Source of the DNA: a virus
IMG/VR virus record: IMGVR_UViG_3300045988_099276
Span: 64,001-128,000 of that record
Direction: 5' to 3' (one strand)
Length of the DNA stretch: 64,000 nucleotides
Of this stretch, positions 58,721 to 64,000 are shown one piece after another (positions within the stretch are counted from its first letter, which is position 1; the number at the start of each line of letters is the position of its first letter). The notes beneath the pieces were generated by a model. It searched no databases, had not been told where the DNA came from, and saw only the letters and a list, made by a program, of their open reading frames with translations. The translations under genes and the position numbers were made by a program.

Positions 58721-59371
58721 CTAAAGCTCGAACAGAGGGCCTTCCTCTTGTTCATTATTTTCTTTAACCTCTTCATTTTCTGTTGGCACGGTAGCAAGAT
58801 AATCAGTAGCCGCCTTAATTGCATCATTAACTTGTTCAGGAGTTGCCATAGCACTAACCTTAACTTTTTCCTTTAATTTACTTTCATCTTTTGGAGTATT
58901 ATTCATGCCCCACTTATCGGCAATTTCAAGAACTGTCTGAGCATCATTTTCGTTAAAAGCATCTTTAAAACGATTTACAGTAGACTCTACAATATCGCCA
59001 CTAAAAGTCTGGAATGTAGAGAAAATACCACGAGCAGATTGTAGATACTTAATATAATCATCAAGCCATGCGCTGCCAATTCGACCAAGAGCATCCATAT
59101 CTACAGCAAAGTTTTCATTCATGTCTGCGATAGTGCCATCAGCCAGAAGCGCATCCCAAGCATCTAGAATATTATCTGAAACAATGCGGCCAAGCTCTTC
59201 CTTACGGTCAGGATATAGAATAATCGCCGCATACGCATATAGCGCACGTTCAAAAACAAACTGATTGACGAAGCCATTATCCTCGGCAGACTGTGCCGCA
59301 AAATGAATAATGTCATACATGTCTTGCGAAGTCAGCTTTTTAGCCGTCTCTGTTTCAAAAAGAATTGCCAT
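58721..59371 (-). CDS. tail assembly chaperone-like acidic helical protein (by position)
   Basis: AAAAGGAGATTTTT-ATG SD. 216 aa, helical, acidic C-terminus. Immediately upstream of the tape measure. Confidence 0.4.
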   Translation of the reverse strand: MAILFETETAKKLTSQDMYDIIHFAAQSAEDNGFVNQFVFERALYAYAAIILYPDRKEELGRIVSDNILDAWDALLADGTIADMNENFAVDMDALGRIGSAWLDDYIKYLQSARGIFSTFQTFSGDIVESTVNRFKDAFNENDAQTVLEIADKWGMNNTPKDESKLKEKVKVSAMATPEQVNDAIKAATDYLATVPTENEEVKENNEQEEGPLFEL

Positions 59372-59436
59372 AAAAATCTCCTTTTATCTCTATACCTATA
59401 TGGTTGTATTATACCATACTTTTAAAACAATGTCAA

Positions 59437-60963
59437 CTAAGATTTAAAAATATCTGGCGTAAATAAACGACCCATATTAAGCGTGATACTAATCTTAGTA
59501 TTATTCAATACCTTGTAAGCAAGTTTATTACGATTTAACGCCATGCGGAAAACATTATCTCCTGTCTGTGATGGCATAACTTTACTTCTTAAAGTGCCTA
59601 AGTCAAAACCTTCAACAAGATAATATTTATTGCCGCCATACTTCAAAATAGTATCTGAATTATCATAAATCTTTCTAAGAATGTCATAAATTGAAAATAT
59701 CTTATTATTTACAATAAGCAAGGTTGAATAATCTCCTTGTATACCACTACCAGCTATAGCATCTACAAGACTTAATGCGCCAGCCGCTTGCCTGATATTG
59801 TACCAGTCCATAGCATCAACTGTAGTTCCAAGAGCACCAACAAGACTATAACCATATTGACCAGCACCGGGCGCAACAGCATTTAATTTTTTCGCCAACT
59901 GCTCATATGTCATACTTCTGGCAACAAATCCTTCAACACCAAGAGCACGCGAACCTGGGCCACTGCCTTGGAATGGCGCACTTTCACGTAATTTAATATT
60001 ACCACCAAATTCAAGAACAATGCCACCTTTATTCCAATAAATATGAACATCTTCCTTGGATTCTTTACCTTCAAGTGTATCTGTTATCTGTTGGGCTGTC
60101 CAATTAGAATAAAATTTACCATCTGCGGCAGATACAATCTGCTTTATCTTTTCATCATTTTCCATGATAAGTTGTTGGCCTTCATTTGCCGCAACATTAA
60201 TTGCATGTGCTTCTGCCATTTCGTGAACTGTGCCGCCAATAGAGTTGAAAGCAGCTGCAATAGAATCAACGGCAGATTGAAAACTATTCTGAATATCAGT
60301 AACACTGCCATTACCAAGAGAAGCAAGGATATCTAGGTTTTCCCGCACCTTTTCCATTGCTAAAATCATCTTAGTTTCAGATTCTTTGACCATTCCTGCA
60401 CTAATGCTTGCGTCTGTTGGAATACCCTGTAAGTCTGATGGTACATTTCCATTTGTATAATAAGCATCTACCAATCGTGCGGCAACTAAGTATTCGTAAT
60501 TAGACGCAACCGTCCAAATAATATTATTAACAGCTTCATTGACATCAGTAGTAATGCTCGATACGTGCTCCAAACAGTCCTGCACAGATGCGTTAAATGC
60601 GGAACCAGCATTTGCTAGACTTACACCATCGACAAAAATATCGCCAGACGTACTATATGACTTAGCGATACCTTTGCTATCAAAGTTTGCGATATTTTGC
60701 ATTGCCTTATCAATATTTTGACCTATTACGCCACCATTTGAAACCCAATTATCCATCATAGATTTAATCTGTCTACCAGTATACTTTTTGCCACTGGCCG
60801 CATTCACTTGATTAAATCGTTGAGTAAATGTACTTACTTGGCGTTTCATAATACGATACATTGTATTATTGTCAATATCGGCTTGCCCTCTGGCAATAGT
60901 ATAAGCAAGATATTCTTTGCCGCCATTGTATGCTTGGACAGCACGCCAGTTAAAACCGCTCAT
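59437..60963 (-). CDS. virion structural protein, family not recognised
   Basis: Strong SD (TTAGGAGGTAAT-ATG). 508 aa. Lies between the major structural gene and the chaperone-like gene. Confidence 0.45.
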   Translation of the reverse strand: MSGFNWRAVQAYNGGKEYLAYTIARGQADIDNNTMYRIMKRQVSTFTQRFNQVNAASGKKYTGRQIKSMMDNWVSNGGVIGQNIDKAMQNIANFDSKGIAKSYSTSGDIFVDGVSLANAGSAFNASVQDCLEHVSSITTDVNEAVNNIIWTVASNYEYLVAARLVDAYYTNGNVPSDLQGIPTDASISAGMVKESETKMILAMEKVRENLDILASLGNGSVTDIQNSFQSAVDSIAAAFNSIGGTVHEMAEAHAINVAANEGQQLIMENDEKIKQIVSAADGKFYSNWTAQQITDTLEGKESKEDVHIYWNKGGIVLEFGGNIKLRESAPFQGSGPGSRALGVEGFVARSMTYEQLAKKLNAVAPGAGQYGYSLVGALGTTVDAMDWYNIRQAAGALSLVDAIAGSGIQGDYSTLLIVNNKIFSIYDILRKIYDNSDTILKYGGNKYYLVEGFDLGTLRSKVMPSQTGDNVFRMALNRNKLAYKVLNNTKISITLNMGRLFTPDIFKS

Positions 60964-61027
60964 ATTACCTCCTAAATAACATTAGTATATATTGCAATAG
61001 CAATACATATTATTGCTATTTAAAAAG

Positions 61028-61060
61028 AAAAAGGGTGTCCCAGTTAAGGAACACCCTTTA
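61028..61060 (-). terminator. rho-independent terminator after the major structural gene
   Basis: On the - strand: AAAGGGTGTTCC TTAACT GGGACACCCTTT followed by TTCTTTTT. Confidence 0.65.
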
Positions 61061-61202
61061 GCTTATTTAGCTACAGACCTCTTTAACTTAGAAACACTGG
61101 GAGTAGTTTCAGTTTCGGAAGTCTTAGTAGTCGAATCAACTGCGTTAGCAGTTACGTCTGAATGTTGTTCATCAGCCGCAGATTCAGTTGACGTTGCGGC
61201 CT

Positions 61203-61421
61203 TTATTCCCCCGCTGCTTCGGAGAAGACAGACTTAGAATACCAGCTATCTACATCGGAATCCTTTGTACGGCCCTCGTGACCAAGGACGTCCTTATTCT
61301 TGTAGTTGTGGGTTGTGTCAGTCTTATCAACAACCTGTAGCGTAGCCATAACCTTCTTCTTCTTGTTGAACTTGGTGTAGGCAGGCATACAGTCAATAGT
61401 GAATGTGAAGGTACTTGGGTC
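61203..61421 (-). CDS. major structural protein (capsid- or tail-tube-like), exon 4 (5' boundary +/-8 nt)
   Basis: (I)LDPSTFTFTIDCMPAYTKF... continues exon 3 (...FTFSMANNG). The track start is a TTG inside an open frame. Confidence 0.65.
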   Translation of the reverse strand, partial: DPSTFTFTIDCMPAYTKFNKKKKVMATLQVVDKTDTTHNYKNKDVLGHEGRTKDSDVDSWYSKSVFSEAAGE

Positions 61422-62361
61422 CAATATCTTTTACGCATTTGTTATATACGCACTACACAGACAGTAGCTTATGGTTTCCCATAAGTTGAGACTATATCTT
61501 CACCCACAATGTTGTGGGGTTTTTCATTTCGATTTAAGGGATTTTCACCCACCGCCAATCACTTGCGGCCCTATTCCTGTTGACGAATTTCACGTCTTAT
61601 AGGATAGTCGTTTAACTTTTAACTTGTCTTCTTTTACCTTGTAAAATGTTTCCTATATGTCTACGAGAAACATTATATTCATCTGCAATTTTTTGATGTG
61701 TCAATCCTAATTTTCTTAATTCAAAAATTTCTTTAACTTGTTCATCGGTTAATTTGCAATTTGTATTGCTTTCACCCCATTGATTTGCAGCTCTAGCTCT
61801 TTTTAATTTTACTGCATATTGTTGGTTTTCAGATGGGGTACACCATTCTAAATTTTCTAAAGAATTATTAGTTCGGTCACAATCTAAATGATTTACTTGT
61901 AAAAAATCAGAATTTTTATTAGCATTGAAAGCCATCATTACTAATCTATGAATACTATATTCTTTACAAGAACCGTCCAAGCAATAAAGAGCTACGCGAT
62001 AATAACCTACATTTGTCAATCTTTTTTTTAAAGGTCGTCCATTTAAATTATCGCTAAATACTTCACCTTTATCGCTTATAGTATAATAATCTTTTACGTT
62101 TGGTAAAAAATTATGTATTCTTTCTATCATATAATATCACCTCTTAATACTTCTATTTATGTAATAATATTATATCATAAAAGAAAGAAAACGTCAAGTT
62201 ATTTAGCTGCGGATTGTCCAATCTTTTAAACTTTTTACCATCTCTGAGTAGTTAATTCAGCCCTTGTTTAACAAGTTGGTATTTAAAAGCTCTAAGGAGT
62301 TTCCCGCAATTAGAAAAATACAATTATCTGCTTATTACTAAGCAGCTAGGCAACTTATTTT
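61422..62361 (-). mobile_element. group I intron E with an HNH endonuclease ORF between Q and R (boundaries +/-10 nt)
   Basis: P AATTGCGGGAAAC (62299-62311), Q GGACAATCCGCAGCT (62205-62219), R GTTAAACGACTATC (61603-61616), S AAGATATAGTCTC (61488-61500). The ORF stop TAA lies inside R. Confidence 0.8.
61612..62130 (-). CDS. HNH (HNH_3/NUMOD4-type) homing endonuclease, intron-encoded
   Basis: VNHLDCDRTNNSLENLEWCTPSENQ HNH motif. NUMOD4-like N-terminus (YYTISDKGEVFS). C-terminal HTH LGLTHQKIADEYNVSRRHIGNIL. AAGAGGTGA SD. Confidence 0.85.
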   Translation of the reverse strand: MIERIHNFLPNVKDYYTISDKGEVFSDNLNGRPLKKRLTNVGYYRVALYCLDGSCKEYSIHRLVMMAFNANKNSDFLQVNHLDCDRTNNSLENLEWCTPSENQQYAVKLKRARAANQWGESNTNCKLTDEQVKEIFELRKLGLTHQKIADEYNVSRRHIGNILQGKRRQVKS

Positions 62362-63051
62362 ACCATTATTAGCCATAGAGAACGTAAAGTTACTCTGGAT
62401 TTTACCACGAGGAATAACAAATTCAGCAGGAAGATCTACGCCAGTCTCTTCATCACGGAAGAGTGTAGACGCTTCAATGTAGTAGTAACCAGCGAAGTTC
62501 TCAGCATCAATCTGCATCTCGTAGGCTTCATCGTAATGAACCTCATAGCAGTCAATGCGGACGGTATCACCAGCTTTTACAGCGGCATCCTGCTTGCTAT
62601 CGCCGGGTTCATCGGCAGCAAGCTGGAAAGCGATAGTTTTACCTTCGGCTTGAATCTCACCGTGGTCGCCAAGGGTGGCGGCAGCTAGGGTCTTGCCATC
62701 ATTGATAACAAAGACCTGCTTGTCGGTGACAGCAGAAAGGTAATTAGCTTGAGCACCAGCACTATCAAGAGTAACAGGATAGATAGGAGCTTCTTTTGTA
62801 ACGATGATAGTCGCGCCATTGCGATCTTCATCGGTTAGCTTAGCGACAATCTTGTCACCAGCGGTTTCGGCAACCATATCATATGTAGCATGGACATAGA
62901 TAGGAGTTGCATTTTCACCAGTTTTCTTACCGTGTACTAGACCAGCACCAGACAGCATAGCGAAACTGGTAGGACTCATTAAAGAATCTTCAAGAGTCAG
63001 GGTAAGAGTCTTTTCGCCGTCCCAAGCGATAAGACGTGGATTACCCTTGCC
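62362..63051 (-). CDS. major structural protein, exon 3 (boundaries +/-10 nt)
   Basis: The frame is open upstream of the track ATG: GKGNPRLIAWDGEKTLTLTLEDSLMSPTSFAMLSGAGL... It ends ...IPRGKIQSNFTFSMANNG(KIS). Confidence 0.7.
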
Positions 63052-63338
63052 CGATATGTTCCGTCTAATTCACAAGTTTTAGACGCGCCTAAAGACAAGC
63101 ACTAGACAAGTCTTAGACAGCTATATTTCACAATATAGACCAGACTATATCTTATTCCTATAACTAGGAATCCATTCACTTCATGTCGTTTGACATTACT
63201 CCCAATCTGGGATAGTCGTTGAACGTAGTTAACTAAATAGTTAACTTTCGATGCTGATTTCCTTATACTATAATTAAGATGTTCCAGCAATTCAAACGGT
63301 GTTTACTTTAATATTACTATTAAAGGGGGTGGTTAAAA
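63052..63338 (-). mobile_element. group I intron C, ORF-less (about 287 nt; boundaries +/-15 nt)
   Basis: P AATTGCTGGAA (63282-63292), Q AATCAGCATCG (63249-63259), R GTTCAACGACTATC (63211-63224), S AAGATATAGTC (63143-63153). Confidence 0.8.
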
Positions 63339-63477
63339 ACTGCCCTGTGCATAAACGGTGGTTGCGGCACCTTCAAGACTGGAAGTCTTAGCGGTGTCGA
63401 TGTAAAGCATTGGCTGACCAGCATCGAAGTGCTGACCGCCGAGGTCTACAGATGTTAGTGGTTTAAATACTACATCA
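63339..63477 (-). CDS. major structural protein, exon 2
   Basis: Hand translation gives DVVFKPLTSVDLGGQHFDAGQPMLYIDTAKTSSLEGAATTVYAQG(S). No track ORF here because it lacks a start codon. Confidence 0.65.
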
Positions 63478-63726
63478 CAGCATTTTTATTGGACTATCTC
63501 TTCATCCTATATTCTAGGAGCTTCGCGCTTCAAGAAACGTGTCAATAGTTTCTCTACAATTTTAGTCTCTACACCCGACAATAATTTGTCTTGGCACGGG
63601 ATTGTCTTAAAGATTTTCCCCGTTAGCCGCATAAGCGACACCTCTTGACAAGGAGTTCACGAAGTTTAGACCGTTTTAGTCATTGATTACTCAAAGTCGA
63701 GACCTGTCTTTCTCCACTACCAGACC
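63478..63726 (-). mobile_element. group I intron D, ORF-less (about 249 nt)
   Basis: P GCTAACGGGGAAAATC (about 63612-63628), Q GACAATCCCGTGCC (63594-63607), R-like GAGAAACTATTGAC / AGAGACTAAA (63543-63570), S AAGAGATAGTCC (63491-63502). The exon end CGAGAU pairs with GUCUCG (terminal U.G). The intron ends in G (63478). Confidence 0.7.
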
Positions 63727-63752
63727 ATCTCGCGCACACCAAAACGATTCAT
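63727..63752 (-). CDS. major structural protein, exon 1 (26 nt; alternative end at 63724)
   Basis: TAAGGAGAAATCT-ATG AAT CGT TTT GGT GTG CGC GAG AT. Unspliced, it stops after 11 codons. Spliced, it reads MNRFGVREIDVVFKPL... Confidence 0.6.
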
Positions 63753-63860
63753 AGATTTCTCCTTACGTTTAGGAATTTGTATACATTTTCCTTAGTCATA
63801 GAAACATAACGCGCTAATTTCTATGTCTATTATATAAACGCGGCAAAGCCACGATTATAC

Positions 63861-63956
63861 TCAGTAAATACCATCCATCCAATTATCAGGTTCATCCATC
63901 TTACTAACATCCATCATGGGAGTAGTAGCAACTTTCTGATATAAGTCGTATGCCAT
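63861..63956 (-). CDS. possible 31-aa ORF upstream of the major structural gene
   Basis: MAYDLYQKVATTPMMDVSKMDEPDNWMDGIY. Only a distant AAGAGG upstream. Weak support. Confidence 0.2.
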   Translation of the reverse strand: MAYDLYQKVATTPMMDVSKMDEPDNWMDGIY

Positions 63957-64000
63957 TTTAAGTGTATACCTCTTAATACTGTCAAACAACTGAAATGGAG

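Noticed and set aside
61013-61438. Track ORFs 61013..61237 (+) and 61250..61438 (-).
   Set aside because: One is antisense to, and the other out of frame with, the exon 4 / extension region. They have no SD and cross the terminator or the intron boundary.
1-64000. Looked for CRISPR arrays, tRNA/rRNA genes, a DGR (reverse transcriptase plus TR/VR pair), invertase/shufflon repeats around the fibre genes, and an integrase.
   Set aside because: No regularly spaced direct repeats, no tRNA-like T-arm consensus, and no RT, recombinase or integrase motifs were seen. Fibre-gene similarities are at protein level only, with no near-identical nucleotide repeats.

Overview
AT-rich, strand-polarised segment of a large tailed-phage genome. 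Host-type signals point to Firmicutes/Clostridia: AGGAGG-type Shine-Dalgarno (SD) sites, perfect TTGAC(A/T)-N17-TATAAT promoters, and an endolysin with ChW-like repeats. Positions 1-15.0 kb (+ strand) hold a replication and nucleotide-metabolism module. It contains a RecJ-like fragment, a DnaE-type polymerase with a frame break in its PHP domain, a guanylate-kinase-like dNMP kinase, and a radical-SAM gene carrying a LAGLIDADG intein. It also has NrdD, a free-standing endonuclease-like gene, NrdG, dUTPase, a FolD-like enzyme and RuvC. Positions 15.0-64 kb (- strand) hold the lysis cassette, an unusually large set of tail-fibre/adhesin genes, baseplate-size structural genes, a giant tape-measure gene and a major structural gene. 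Three things stand out. (1) Five group I introns lie within 8 kb, recognised by classical P/Q/R/S core elements: two in the tape-measure gene and three in the major structural gene. Two of them carry homing endonucleases of different families. (2) A recurring leader module sits in front of fibre/adhesin genes that lack a clear SD site of their own. It consists of an SD site, a mini-ORF containing a G8-G10 tract, and usually a hairpin just after the tract. The tract length sets whether the mini-ORF stop overlaps the downstream start codon, so this is a candidate homopolymer phase-variation switch acting through translational coupling. (3) A G5 tract at the stop codon of the major structural gene opens a 48-codon -1 frame that runs exactly to the terminator. 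No rRNA, tRNA, CRISPR array, integrase or reverse transcriptase was recognised. All family calls are motif recognition by eye. Splice junctions are approximate.
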